From Camelus ferus (Eukaryota), in contig NC_045707.1 of the NCBI RefSeq assembly GCF_009834535.1, positions 51,214,001 to 51,278,000 of the forward strand: a stretch of DNA of 64,000 bases, in the 5' to 3' direction. Each line of letters starts with the position of its first letter. Position 1 is the first letter of the stretch. The translations under genes and the position numbers were made by a program. This document shows, piece by piece, positions 1 to 12,983 of the stretch. A model generated the notes under the pieces. The model was not told the origin of the DNA, searched no databases, and worked only from the letters and a program-made list of their open reading frames with translations.

Positions 1-90
1 ACATACTAGATTTAATTTTGAGGGGATGGTGACTATCTGTTGGAGAAATTCAGTGATTTTGATAAACAAACTGAACAGGTAGGGGTGTAG

Positions 91-92
<2 letters not shown>

Positions 93-134
<42 letters not shown>
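93..134. repeat. (GT)21 microsatellite
   Basis: Perfect GT dinucleotide run of 42 bp. Confidence 0.98.
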
Positions 135-136
<2 letters not shown>

Positions 137-609
137 GTCTGTGTAAGATACAGAGACAGAGAGAGAGAATATCTGTACTGCTTTAACTTCTGTTAAACTG
201 CTATTTATAGCTAGAAATACAATCAGGATATCTTTCTTGACAATGGTATTTTAAAGTGTGATGCTCATAGAATGACATTATTATATGTGAAAATTACTGC
301 CTCACTTTCTCTGTGGAACAGAGAAATATATAAATATTTGTATCTTTTTATAGGAGTACGGAATAAATGTATTATAATTTATTACCCCCAAACCCTGAAG
401 GGGTAAATGGACTAAAAAACTATTAAGGCCAATTAGGCACACGTGATTACAGAGTACCATGAATATAACTCATTATTTGCATCCACTTGAAGTTCTCATT
501 TTATCCTTACTTCAGTCTGTGAACTCAATTATCGATCTTTGCTCCTTTCAACCACAGTCCCTGTTCTCTTATAGATGGACATTTTCTCTTTTTTGGATCA
601 TTAAAGCCA

Positions 610-748
610 GCCTTCCTTCTTTCCTTCCATCCTTCCTTAATTCCTCCTTCCCTCCCTCCCTTTCACTCTCTGTCCCTTCTTCCTTTGTTATATCCCTTGT
701 TTTCTCCTTGGCTCCTTCCCTCCCTCCTTCCCTCCCTCCTTTCCTCCT
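610..748. repeat. Pyrimidine-rich (CCTT/CCCT)n low-complexity tract
   Basis: ccttccttctttccttcc...ccctccctccttccctccctcc; abuts an L2 tail and explains the Ser/Pro/Leu-rich spurious ORFs at 459-873. Confidence 0.9.
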
Positions 749-754
749 GTCTTG

Positions 755-895
755 TATTCAGTGAGTGTACTTTAAGCTCACTATATGGCAGACACTGTGC
801 TGGATGGCAAGATTACAGAGCTAAAGAGGACACACCGTCCCTGCTCCCAAGAAACTCAGGTTCAGTTAGATAGACAGATATAAGCACAAATAATT
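755..895 (-). mobile_element. L2 LINE 3' fragment
   Basis: cactatatggcagacactgtgctgg...gtccctgctcccaagaaactca resembles the reverse-complement L2 3' end (ctactatgtgccaggcactgtgctagg...gtccctgccctcatggagctta). Confidence 0.75.
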
Positions 896-1454
896 AAGGT
901 GCTGCTCAATAAATGCTATATCAAAGGAATTCATAGTTGCTCCATTTAAAAGTTCATAACCCAGGAAAGTAGAATAGCTATCATTATTTTCAGTTTACAC
1001 ATATGATAAAAGGATTAGAGAAGTCAAATGACACATTAAAATTAATAATCCTCAAACAGTGAGTACGCTGCATTGGTTGCATGAAGTATTTATGTCGCTG
1101 TTTCCAGAATCACCAAGCTGCCACTTCAGTGTCATCCTTCATTATATCCTAAATCTGTAGGACACTAACGTTACTTCTTTTCTTTGTGACTGTTACTTCA
1201 CTTCTAGTTCCTTTGTGTCACCTTTATTGCTAGATCTTTCTCAACTACCCCTGTAGCTAATATAGAATAATTTATTTTTTGCAACAAAGAACTGACCATC
1301 TTTCCCTTTTTTTCCAATTGTTCAATATAATATAGAATGCTTTCAGTGTTATGAATTAATTTATTAAATTAGTTTGCATCCTGTTGAAAGTTAGAGAGAT
1401 CTTAGCTCTTGAAGGATGAGATATGGTTCATAATAAGTTTTTAATTAATAAATT

Positions 1455-2030
1455 TAATTTTTTAGGACAGTTTTAAGTTCAGGCCAAAACTGAACAGGAA
1501 GTACAGAGTTCCCATGTACTCCCAGTCCCCCGCCGCAACAGAACTCCCCATACTAAACACATCCCACACTACACTGGTTCATTAGTTGTAACAGATGAAC
1601 ATACATTGAACATAATTATTACCCAAAGCCGATTGTTTACATTAGGATTCAGTCTTGGTATTGCATATTCTGAGTTTTGACAAACGTATAATGACATGTA
1701 TACACTATTGCAGTATCATACAGAATAGTTCCACTACCCTAAAAAAAACCTCTGTGCTCTGCCTAGTCATCCCTGCCTCCACTCAAAACCTTGATCCTTT
1801 TACTGTCCCCATAGTTTTGCCTTTTCAGAGTCACATAGTTGGAGTCATACAGTATGTATCCCTTTCAGATTGGTTTCTTTCATTAGGTAATATGTATTTC
1901 AAGTTCCTCAATGTCTTTTCATGGATTGATAGTTCATTTCTTTTTCATGCTGAATAATATTCCATTGGCTAGATGTATCACAGTTTATCCACTCACGTAC
2001 TGAAGGATAACTTGGTTGCTTCAGACTTTT
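1455..2030 (-). mobile_element. Old L1 (L1MC/L1MB-like) 3' end
   Basis: acagttttaagttca...gtacagagttcccat...gttggagtcatacagtatgta...tattccattggctagatgtatcacagtttatcc is typical antisense L1M 3' UTR and ORF2 end. Confidence 0.85.
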
Positions 2031-2049
2031 GGTAAGTTCTTTCATTTTT

Positions 2050-4500
2050 TAGTATATCAATTATGCTTCTTTAAAAAATTTTTTCCAGTGATTACCCTAG
2101 AGTTTGCAATATATTTTTGCAGCTGGATCTAAGTTCACTTTCCAATATCACTCTTCTACTTCATGAGTTGTCTAAGTATCTTATAAAAACAAAATAACCC
2201 TAATTCCTTTTTCCAGTCTCTTGTAGCATTACTGTCACTCATTTTACTTATGCATAAACTTAAACACACACACATATATGTAAGAATACATAATTGAATA
2301 CACTGTTGCTATTATTGTTACAAACTGCTGTTAAATTAAGAATTTATTTATTCCTAAGAATTCTTAAATAAATTCATTTATTCATTCTTCTATGCTCTTC
2401 CTTTCTTTATGTAGATCCAAGTTTCTGACCTATACTATTTTCCTTCTCTCTAAAGAACTTCTAACATTTCTTATATGGTAAAAATGGGAAACACATTCCC
2501 TCAATTTTTGTTTGCCTGATAGAGTCCCTATTTCTCCTTCAAGTGTGAAGGAGCATTTTTTAGGATAAAGAATTCTAGGTTGGTGTTTTTTTTTTCTCTC
2601 AACACTTTACATATTCCACTCAGTCTCTTCTTTCTCACGTGGTTTCAGGGGAGAAGGCAGATGTCATTCTTATCTTTGCTCCTCAATAGGTGAGGCGTTT
2701 TTCTCCTCTGGCTTCTTTCAAGATTTCTTTCTTAATTGTTGGCTTTCTGAAGTTTGAAGATGGTATGAGTGGGTGTACTTTTTTCGTTTTTATTTTTCTT
2801 TTGCATTTATCCTGCTTGATGTTCTCTGAGCTTCCTGGATCCATGGTTTGGTGTCGTATGTTAATTTGGAGGAAACTCTCAGTTATTATTGGTTCAAATA
2901 CTGCTTCTGTTCCTTCCTTCCTTTCTTTCTTCACTTTTTGGTTTTCTCATTACGCATATGTTACACACTTTTAGTTGTCCTACAGTTCTAGGATATTCTG
3001 TTCTGCTCTGGATTTTTTTTCCCCACTCTTTTTTCCTTTTGCTTTTCAGTTTGGAAGTTTCTATCATCATATTGTTAAGTGCAGAGATTCTTTTATTCTT
3101 TTATCAAGGTATAATTGGTATAACATTGTATTAGTCTCAGGTGTATAACATAATGATTCATACTGCAAAATGGTCACCACAATAAGTCCAGTTAACATCT
3201 ATCACCCCACAGAGTTACAAAAATATTTGTCCTAGTGATGAGAACTTTCAAAATCCACTCTCCTACCTCCTTTCAAATATGCAGTAACTATGGTCACCAT
3301 GCTGTACATTATATCGCCATAATACATTCATTTTCTAAGTGGAAATTTGTACCTTTTGACCCCCTTCAAGCATTTCATTCCTCTCCTCAGGCATCCACCA
3401 ATCTGTTTTCTATATCCATGAGCTCTTTTTTTTTTTCTTTTAATTCCACATACAAATGAGATCATGCAGCATTTATCTTTTTCTGTCATGCAGAGATTCT
3501 TTTTTCAGTCATTTCCTCTACTAATGAGCCCATCAGGGGCCTTATTTCTGTTACCGTGTTTTTGATCTCCAGCTTTTCTTTTTGATTCTTTCTTAGAATT
3601 TCCATCTCTCTGCTTACATTACCTATCTGTTTCTTGAGTGTTGTCTACTTTTTCCATTAAAGCCTTTAGCATATTAATCACAGTTTTCAAAATTCCTGTT
3701 CTGATCATTCCTGTCATTTCTGACTCTGGTTCTGATGCTTGTTCAGCCTTTTTAAGCTGTATTTTTTGCCTTTTAGTGTACCTTGTAAACTTTGTTGAAA
3801 AGTGATTATGACTGTGTAAGAGGAACTTCAGAAAAAAGGCTTTCGTAACAATAGAGTAAGGTTTGGGGGAAGGGAAAGCCTTCCATAGTCCCATGGTTAG
3901 GTCTCCGTCTTTTTGTGAGCCTGTACCCTGCACTATGGGTTTCATCACTGCTTCTCAGTCTTTCCCCCCCACTTTGGTGAGATGGACTTTCTAAAGGGGG
4001 TCAGCTATTTCCCTCTCTCTGGGTTGGTTAGGCTCTGATAAAACCCCAGCAAATTAGGCTCTAGTAAAATACAAGTAAAAAACAAGATCTAGTAAAGATC
4101 TAGTAAAAAAAAAAAAAAAAAAAAGATCACCTTCACCTGAGGGAAGATCTTGTTAAGAAGAGCAGAATGCTCTGGACTTTTCAAAGTGGTTCCTGGAGAT
4201 AAAACTCCTCCTGGAGTTTTTCCACACTGAGCCCCTAGCAATTCATTAATTGCTGTTCAAGTTTTCCCATGCCATCACTGTTTCCTAAGGAGGTTTCTGC
4301 AAGTGGGTTTCTGCCCTGGTCAGTTGTGATTCTCACTATCTATCTGCCTGTCTTTATAATTTTGTGGGCAGTGGTTTGCCTTGTGACTTCACTGTTCTGC
4401 CAGATTGAAGAAGGGTAATTGATATTATCAGGTTTGTTCAGTTTTACTTGTTAGGATAGAGTGATAATTTCCAGTTTCCTTATGTGCCAGACTGGAAACC
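2050..4500 (-). mobile_element. Old L1M 5' UTR/ORF1 fragment (L1MC/L1MD-like), interrupted
   Basis: Minus ORF 2683-2934 (GTEAVFEPIITESF...KKEILKEARGEKRLTY) resembles L1 ORF1p (GAEKIFEEIMAENF...KEKILKAAREKKQITY); 3619-3948 continues coiled-coil-like ORF1 sequence (VINMLKALMEKVDN). Confidence 0.8.
3095..3488 (-). mobile_element. 5'-truncated L1 (L1MA9-like) nested in the older L1, with 15-bp TSD
   Basis: TGCAGAGATTCTTTT at 3080-3094 and 3489-3503 flanks a typical antisense L1MA 3' UTR (gtataattggtataacattgtattagtctcaggtgtataac...attccacatacaaatgagatcatgcag). Confidence 0.88.
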
Positions 4501-5089
4501 TGGAGCCAGTTTATATTAATTTTAACAACGATGGAACAAGGAAGCAGAATGTTAATGGTAGTGGGACAGGTAATAAGATATTTTATACCAGATTCAAATT
4601 CTTGGTTATAATGGACCAGATTTCCCATTAAAGAGTGAGTAAATTATAGGATATTTCTTTTAACATGCTTATGTAAGTTAGTTATCTTTTGAAAATATTT
4701 AATCTTCATAAGTTCTAATTTCAAGTGATTTTAAATATTGCTGTTTTAATCTAAATATTCCCAAAATGGAACAAAAGCCCAGAAAATTACTGAAGAATTT
4801 GTGGTCAGAATATTTTAGGAAATTCCATACAATATGGCCTCCCCATATAGCTGAAAAATTCACTTTGGTCCATTAAAGACTTAGGTAGAACAGTTATCTA
4901 AGGAAGAACCTACAGTGTGAAATCATTTTTCTTCATGTGAAAGCTACTTATGTAATGTGGCCACTAGTTCTTTCTCTACTGTGCTACTATAGTAGACAAG
5001 AGCTATTCATTGAGAAGGATTAGAAAGAAAACAAGAACAAGGAACAGAATGGAATAGGAAGAACAAGGAATAGAATACGAGTCTAGAGT

Positions 5090-5300
5090 ATGCCAAGCTA
5101 ACTTTTGGACTTCCCTGGCTATGCACCTTTCCAGTTGTGTGACCTTGGCCAAATGACCCCACCTTTCTAAGCCTCTGTCTCATCTCTTTCTCATCACCTG
5201 TGTAAGGAGAATAATGAGGTGCCTATCTTATAAGGCAGCCATATATGGACTGCTCAGCACTGTGTCTGGTGTATGAAAAGATTTCAATAAATATTAACTG
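5090..5300 (+). mobile_element. MIR SINE
   Basis: MIR core cagttgtgtgaccttggccaaatgac...ctaagcctctgtctc...ctgtgtaaggagaataat and 3' end ctcagcactgtgtctgg...tcaataaatatta. Confidence 0.8.
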
Positions 5301-5329
5301 CCATTGACTCTTATTTTGCGTCTTATTTA

Positions 5330-5487
5330 TTTACTTCTTTATTATTACTGGGTTCCAATGACATGCCAAGCTCTGTGCTAGACCCCAGGGATTCAATGGT
5401 GAGCCCAAACAAACAGGTTCCTGCCCTTAGGAAGCTTACTGTTGAGGGGATATGAAAGATACAAATCAAGTAACCACATAAATAAAT
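5330..5487 (-). mobile_element. L2 3' fragment
   Basis: atgccaagctctgtgctagaccccagggattcaatggtgagc...cctgcccttaggaagcttact. Confidence 0.75.
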
Positions 5488-7119
5488 CATATTTTTGTGC
5501 TTGTCCTAAAGAGCTGTAATATATAACTGAGGAATCTGACCCTATGTAGACCATGAGGGGCCCTTGGAAAATCCTGCTTGTGGGCGAAAAATCCTTTTGG
5601 ATCTTTGTCTTGTGACATCTCTTCTTTCACCCTCATCATTGCTAAATGGTCACCAGTGTTCCTAGAATGAGGCTCTGACTGTTCCATCTGAAGACATATA
5701 ATTTGTATATGTGACAACAAAGGGAGAAAGTAGGAGTGAGCAATGTTTTTAAAAATTCTCTGTTTGGAATTTTGTGTCTGCTACTTGCTAGTTTTTAATT
5801 TTTCCATAGAGAATGGAAACAGTGCCACTGCCTTGTAGTGCCTTGAGTATGAAAACAGAGGTTGTTCTTGAATGTTATCACCACTAATCACCCAGTTTAT
5901 AGAAGACAGAGTTGGGCATTGGTGGGATTGAGATCACATTCTCTCTTTGGATGCAGCTGCTGGGTAGTATCTGTAGAATACGACTTTCTGTATTTCTGTT
6001 TTTGCTAAGGATGGTGGCAGATGGGGAAGAGTTTACACTCAGCTGTTTAAACAAATAAAGGAACTACAATCATCAAGACACATTCCACAAAGATTAAAAA
6101 TGTATACAATGCTAGGTTATAATAGAATAAAAATGCATAGGATTGCCTCCAAATTTTCTACACTGTGAAATTTTTTAGGATAATTATCTGCCTTACTCAT
6201 TTTTATATCCTTAATTAACTAGCATAATGCCTGGCTCGTATTAGACTTTCAATCAGTTTTTGTAGTACTGGAATCTTCTTAACAGTCTTGGTGTATTCAT
6301 GCGAGTTTTCTCTCACATGGGCAGGCACAAGCCAGCCAACAGTCTTCTGTGATTATTCACAAAGAAAGTGAAGGAAAAGTAGTTTAATATAAGCTTTTAA
6401 ATCACTTTCTTAGCTGGAAGTTTTGTTCACTTTTTCTCTAATGGCCTGAGTATAAATGAACACCCTGAGTTTCTGAAAATAATTGCCTTATGTGACTTTT
6501 TAAATCAAATAGTACAGTCAGTCAAATTTCTTACATTTGTATGGTGCATTACATCATAAAAGGGTTTCCTCATGAGATTTCTCCTTTAATTTCTACAAAC
6601 AACCCCAGTGGAGATATTATTTTCCTATTTTATATACCAGCAACTAAAGTTTGGATATGCCAGTTGCCTCATGATTATGCCGCTAATATGTGAAGTTCTA
6701 GCACTCAGACACAAGTTTTATATAACTTTTAAATAAGCTACACATGAAGACAGTTTTATTGTTAAAGTTAGAAGTTACACTTGCTTATTGTATTGGAAAT
6801 TATAAAAATACATAAAGAAGAGAATTAAAGTTATCTATAATCTCACAGTTAAAAGATGAAGACTAACATCTTGACATATTTCCTTCCTGTATGTTTTCTA
6901 CGCATATGTATATAATTTTCAGTTAAAGTTCATGCAATATATTCAACTTTGTACTTTTAATTGCTGTATCAGCCCAGGTTGGAACCTTTGATTAAACTAT
7001 CTAGGCAATGAAGTTTTATTACTATAAGGCCTAGAATACTACTACTTAGATTATTATACAAAAGAGATGATGAGTAAGACTTTGCATTTCAGACCTAATT
7101 GCTATTGCTCTATTGTGTA

Positions 7120-7347
7120 ACTTCTATGTGTTAGGCATTATTCCATTATTCCAAGTCCTTTATGTGCATGAATTAATTTAATCCTTACATCAACTTTATA
7201 AAGTAGGTACCGTTATTATCACCATTTGGCACAGGCAAAACAGATTAGTTAAGTATTTTACCGAAGTTCACACAGCTAGTAAGTAAAAGGGCTAGAAATT
7301 GAATCGAAGCTGTCTGAATCCAGAATTCATGTTCTCAACTACTACCG
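7120..7347 (-). mobile_element. MIR SINE
   Basis: tttaatccttaca...gtaggtaccgttattatcaccattt...gttcacacagctagtaagt...attgaatcgaagctgtctgaatccaga. Confidence 0.85.
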
Positions 7348-8009
7348 CGAACTACCTCTCAAAGTCCTGACTCTCTTCTAGGATAGTATTCTGAGGAAGT
7401 AAATAGCTGCATGGATGTCTTAAAAACTTAGCACAAAGTTTTGAGACCTTAAATGAGGTCACCTATAGCCTACCCCAAATTGGAGAAAGTGGAGCTGCTG
7501 GCAGATTGGCCTTCTTTCAAAGGATCATCGTTAGGGAGCTCAGCCACAAAGACTTGGACAGACCTGGAGAGAGACTTCACTGTGGCATGCATGGGCCAGC
7601 AGGGCTGGGGTAAAACATTCTGCACAGCACACCTTGGAAGGGCAACCCATAGTGATGGCTGCAGACTGGTAGACAGAGAATCTCTTCCCAGCCTGGAAAA
7701 GGAATGATGGCCCACCTCTTTTTTCTACTGAGTAAGCCCTTATGGCTCTTGGATAATGTGTAAGGGACATGGGCTTATCTGAAAAGGAGTCCCAAGAATG
7801 TGGTAGTAAACTTTTTGCCAAAATGTTGGATGGAGGCTCAACTCAATCCTAATATAATTAAAATTTTAAATAAAATACAGTAGGCACAAAAATCTACCAC
7901 ACTTTTGTAACCATTGCCCTATTATTGAGTATTTAATTTATTGATATAAGTAAAATTGTAATAACGTTTAAAATTTAACATTTTACAGTAAGTATTTTAC
8001 AAAATGTTA

Positions 8010-8322
8010 GATAATTCCTCAGTCATAATGTTGAGCAACAGAAACCTCAACGCAACAAATTATACACTCTACGACTCCATTTATATGACATTCAGGAATA
8101 GGCAGCATTAATTTATATTGCTAAAGTAAGAATGCGGGTTACCTCTGTAGGTAATTAATTCAGGAGGATGTTGAAGATGTTCCTATATCATGATCTGGGT
8201 GGTTCTACAGGGATATCTATAGCTAGAGATATAGATTTGTAAATATGTGCAAAAATGTATCAAGTTGTACACTTACGATTCATGCTCTTAACTGCTCGGA
8301 TATTATACCTTAAAAAATAAAA
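8010..8322 (+). mobile_element. Old L1M (L1MC/L1ME-like) 3' end
   Basis: cataatgttgagc...ctccatttatatgacattcaggaataggca...tcatgatctgggtggt...gtacacttacgattc...attataccttaaaaaataaaa. Confidence 0.75.
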
Positions 8323-8427
8323 AGATGAATAATCAATAGAGGTCAGACATTCAGGACCTCTTTTGTTTCCCAATTTAAATGAGTCCTTCTTTGTTTTCTT
8401 TTTCCATCTCATGCTCAACAGTCTAGA

Positions 8428-8633
8428 TCAAGGGTCACAAACTTTTTGACCTCTGGGTAAAATCTGGTGCACTGCCCCTTGCATTTATAAATAAAAACAC
8501 ACTGGCACACAGCCATGCCTATCTTATGTTTTATAGACACTGCTTTCGCGCTACAATGGTAGTGTTGAGCATTATGGCCTACAAAGCCTAAAAGCATTCA
8601 GTATCTTATACTGGAAAAGTCTGCTGCTTCTTG
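8428..8633. mobile_element. hAT-Charlie MITE, MER58A-like
   Basis: caagggtcacaaact...aaataaaa...cacagccatgcc...ctgctttcgcgctacaatgg...tatggcctacaaagcctaaaa matches the recalled MER58A consensus. Confidence 0.85.
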
Positions 8634-9919
8634 CTCTAAATGACCTTTCAGCTCCCTTCCAATATTGAGATTTTGACTATAGCCCTCGAGTCCAGGACAT
8701 TTTCCTCTGGAAACTTCTCTAGAACTAATGCCAGTATTTCTTAGGATTTATTATTTGTAAAGGGAAAGTAAGAGGACCATAGCCCATTTTGTCTTGATCT
8801 TGAATCGCCACCTTATATGTTTCTATTAAAAAAAAAAAAGGAACAGAAATGTATGTATAAACACTTCCAAAGCACTTACACGGGTTGTGACTGAAACCTA
8901 GGCCATGACTCATATAGAAGTATCCTTTGTACAGGAAGGATGACCATGAAATCCACAACAACAACGGGATATGGAACTGGAATTTTATTCATATCAGGTT
9001 TTAGGATATGAAAGCGAAAAAACGGAAAAAGGAAATTAGGAGAAAAACCACCCCGAGAAATCTTTCAGCTCCACCTCTGCAATGTTTCAAGTCTGAAAGT
9101 TGGCTAACGCTTAACACTTCTTACCTTCAGGCTCTCGCTACCTTCTGTTTAAGGCATTAGAAAAGTGATCAGCTTTTCTTGCTCTAGATGAAATTGCTGC
9201 AGAATAAACAGCCTTATAAGCCTAACACTTCTGTGCTTTCAGTGTACTGTTCACCCCTTCCGTTTCTCTCCTCTCTTTGGAAGCTTCGTAGGGTTTCACA
9301 GCATCTATTACCAGCTGATATTAATGATGCTGATAGTCAGCCCCCAGAGACTGCTGTTTTAAGGAAGCTTTACTGGAGCAATCTTAATACAACTCTCCTG
9401 AGTTTCTTCGGGTTTTTGTTTTCTTTGGCTCTTTTTTTCCCTTTGCTCTGGAGAAGGTGCAATTTGCCATTTCTTGCTGCTCCTTACATTTTCTCCCCTG
9501 CTGACAATTTGAATTAAGGTTGTTAGTAAGTTACCATACTATTCCTTTGCGACCACCTTGTCTCTATACACTGTAGGTAGAGCCTTTCCAGCAACCCGCT
9601 GTTCACAAAACAGGAACTACAGCAGAAGCCAAGCAATTCCTTTGTTGTCGTTTCAGACATATTGAGCACTGCCTATGTACTGAGCATACAAAACAGAAGG
9701 CTCCTAACCTCTACAAGCTTACAGTGTTGGCCATCAAAGATGTTTAAGCTCTTAGGGCAAACAGAGCAGTTAAAGTTAGCAAAGGCAGTGATAGTAACAA
9801 GCTTTAAAAACAGAGTCCAAAAACGTTCAACTAAGATGATCTGAAAAATTAATTCTTCAGTTTTAAAGCTATGATCCCTATTTCCCACTTGCTCTGTTAG
9901 AACACTCCACAAATGCTTG

Positions 9920-10614
9920 ATGTTCTTTAGAGTTCACAGAGTCTGATGTCATTCAGCCATCTTTCTTCCGGCCCTTGGAAAGACAGGCTCTAGCCTGCCA
10001 CACTTCTCTGAAGAGAGGGTGCTGCTCAGCTGGTATGCCCATTTCTGAGCTCAAAGGAGGGGTCCTATAAGGCCGTAAGCCAGACTTCTGAGGAGGGGGT
10101 GGTAGTCAGATGGAACTGATGTGGATGGAGCTACTTCTGCAATTGCTGCAGAAACTGAAAACTAGATTCATTTGCTGCTATGGGGACGCACTGCCTCTGT
10201 CAGGGTGAAGATGTGTTGCTGGGTGGATGCTCCCAGGAAATTACGGCAGTCAGGAATCCTGAGGAAGCACACAGGGAATACATGGAAATGAGCATGTTTC
10301 CTTTTTTGTCTCCTGCTTCCCAGTCTTCCTCTATCATCCTACAGGAAGGAACTGCCAGTGCTGGGGTGAAGAAGCCTGATATGATGCATACAGGAACCAC
10401 GGCAGTCAGGAAGCCCACCAGACACCACCAGAGAACAGGAAAGAGCAAGCCCCTCCTCTTCCTCCAAACTTGCAGGCTCCTTCCAGCTCCTCTTACTGTC
10501 AAAGTTTAATAGGCAGCAGTTTGTGTATAAGAAAAGCAGTTTGCAGAATCCCATCAAAAAGAGTAGGAGAAGGCAGGTTTGGAGCTGAAAGACAGTGGCT
10601 TAATATGTGGCATA
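9920..10614 (-). mobile_element. ERVL-class solo LTR (LTR41/LTR50-like) with internal ~156-bp duplication
   Basis: Right end agtttgcagaatccc...gaaggcaggtttggagctgaaagacagtggcttaatatgtggca resembles the reverse complement of the LTR41/LTR50 start; ACGGCAGTCAGGAA recurs at 10243 and 10399. The left boundary is uncertain. Confidence 0.6.
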
Positions 10615-12983
10615 ATTATTTTCCCCATAAAGCTTTGTTCTGCATACCCTGATTGTATTAAAATGATGGTGGGTACTAAGAAGTACATTATTCCACAACT
10701 GTGCTGTGGACCATTAATTATACTATCCAGGAGTGAAGAAGAAAAAGGGAAAGAAGATGAAAGGTTTTGAGAAGGGAGCTATAGATAATGTGCTAGGCAT
10801 TGACTTCATTTTTAATTTGAAACATGATCATTGGTTAGTTAGGTGTGTTCTTAATATATAGGGAGTGGAAGAAAATAAGAAAAAGCAAGAGGAAAGAGAG
10901 GCAATCATTTCACAGAAAAGTTGTTGTCACTTCCCAAACATCATACAGTTTCTCTATACTATTTATCCTGTTCCTCGCACCCTCTGCAATGCTCTGGGTG
11001 GAACACTGATACATAACACACCTAGAATAAGCTGAGCACCGTCGGTTAAGAAAGGTACAGGGAGCATATGCTTGCAATTCTCTTCCATGCATGGAAGCCT
11101 CCACGTGGTTTCTGTTTGTTTTACTGGCTAAATGCTACGCAGTTGGCTGTCATCTGGTATGTCAGTTGGTGTAACACACAAATGGCTCTACTTCCTCCTT
11201 TCCCACAGGCAGTAATTGTAATGGCATAATTATGTGTCCAGAATTCAAGCTAAGAGAAAAAGGGAAAAAAGTCATGAGCAGAGTGCTATAGGCTTAGACT
11301 TCAATGAGTTAGGAGGTAATGCTTTATTGGCAAGTGTTCTTTGCTACAGACAATAAGGAAGAGACCCTTGTGTGCTGTAAAATTTTCTCTTTTATTTCAA
11401 CCAGTAGTTTATTCAGATTATTGTTGTTTTATTTTTCCCATGTCCTTGGAGTGAAATTGGCCATACTGTATATCTTTAAGGAGTTCAAAGACCACCAAGA
11501 AAGATATACCTGAGAGTGAATCTTGCCTCTGGCACTTATCAGTGAAATAACTTGGATAAAACATATAAATAGGTCCAAAGTTCAGTTTCTTTTCTAAAAT
11601 AGGGACTAAGAATAGGCTTAGGGTGGTTAAGTACTTCAACACTCTGACTTACCCATATAGACCACTCCAATGTTAGCCATTATTATTATCAGCTAGCATT
11701 ATTATATAATTATTATATTTATCACTATTACTATTACAATTAATAATATGAAGCATTGTTATGGTAATTTTGTTAGCTATAGCTATTGCTTCTCTAAATT
11801 CTAATTTACACTTGTAGATGGAAAGCATTGCTTGCTTTCCTTGCCCATGTGTCTTGCCTGAAGGAGCAGCAAGCTGGAGAAAATAAAACTCTATTAAGGG
11901 AAGGGAGCACGAGGCTATTCTGCAGCTGCTCTGTATAATTCCAACACATCAGTGGGCAACATTCTGTTTCCAGCTTGAGCATACCTGCTGGGGTGGTGCT
12001 CACTATGGGCAAATTGAGTTTGCATAACTGATGTAACACCTTGGTGATCAAGAGGGCATTTAAAATTCAAATTGATATCATCTAGCAGTGTCAGTATCAA
12101 TGAAATAACCATTTTTATTCTTCTGTGCTAACAATGATATGGGAAATCAATTAAAAATAATAGTTGATCTGTAAAGTGTTGAGGAACACTTCGTAATCTA
12201 TCGCTAGATCAACACACAAGAATTTGAACCTTTAGCACTAAAAATAAATGAAAGATTTCTAATTTAGTCCTGTTAATTGCCCAGCATAGTGCTAGAGCTT
12301 ATGGGATTTCTGTGAATGATTTGAACAGGGTTTTTATCTCTCTGAATAATGACACACGTGGGACATATACAGGAGAAGTAGAATTTGGAGACACATATGG
12401 CAAGGCTACAAGGTGGAAATAATTTGGAAAAATTTCCTAAGGTTTTGGCTAAATTAGTTAAACTAATTGGTAATCTCTTTCCGGATATGTCAAATAACTG
12501 TGACATGTTGAAATGATGTGCTTGGTTTTAACCACTTGCAAGTGAAGTTCCGGGACTCTAGCATCTGTTCATGTGCCAAGACTGTGACTAATGCCTGCTG
12601 TTAGTGTTGCTGGGAAAAGATGTCATTCTTTGGGCATTTCTTCTTGGTAATTAAAGAATGTCTTCAAACTCACTGTCCTTTGGGGGGAATTTTCATCCCC
12701 AGTCTATTTCTGTACTTGGAGCAAACACCTAATTTATAATTGTTGCCTGGTAGTGAAGACAACTATTCCCTAGCCCCAGCACTTGCATCTAATAGAGCAA
12801 ATTATTCCTCCAAAAGAGAAGGTTCAGATATTTTCTGCTTTTACATTTAATGAATACAATGCAGGTTCATGAGTGGCTCAATTGTAACTGATACAAACAA
12901 TGTAATCACTTATTCAAAAAGATTCAATATAGGTCAAACTTATCCACTTCTTTCCATCCCTAAAGACCTTTCCTTAATTCAGG

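Noticed and set aside
9125..9196. Possible 72-nt minus-strand exon (tttattctgcag|...AAG|gtaaga) downstream of the CpG island
   Set aside because: Stops in all three frames and a weak pyrimidine tract; such site pairs are expected by chance in 64 kb. Only RNA-seq could rescue it as a non-coding exon.
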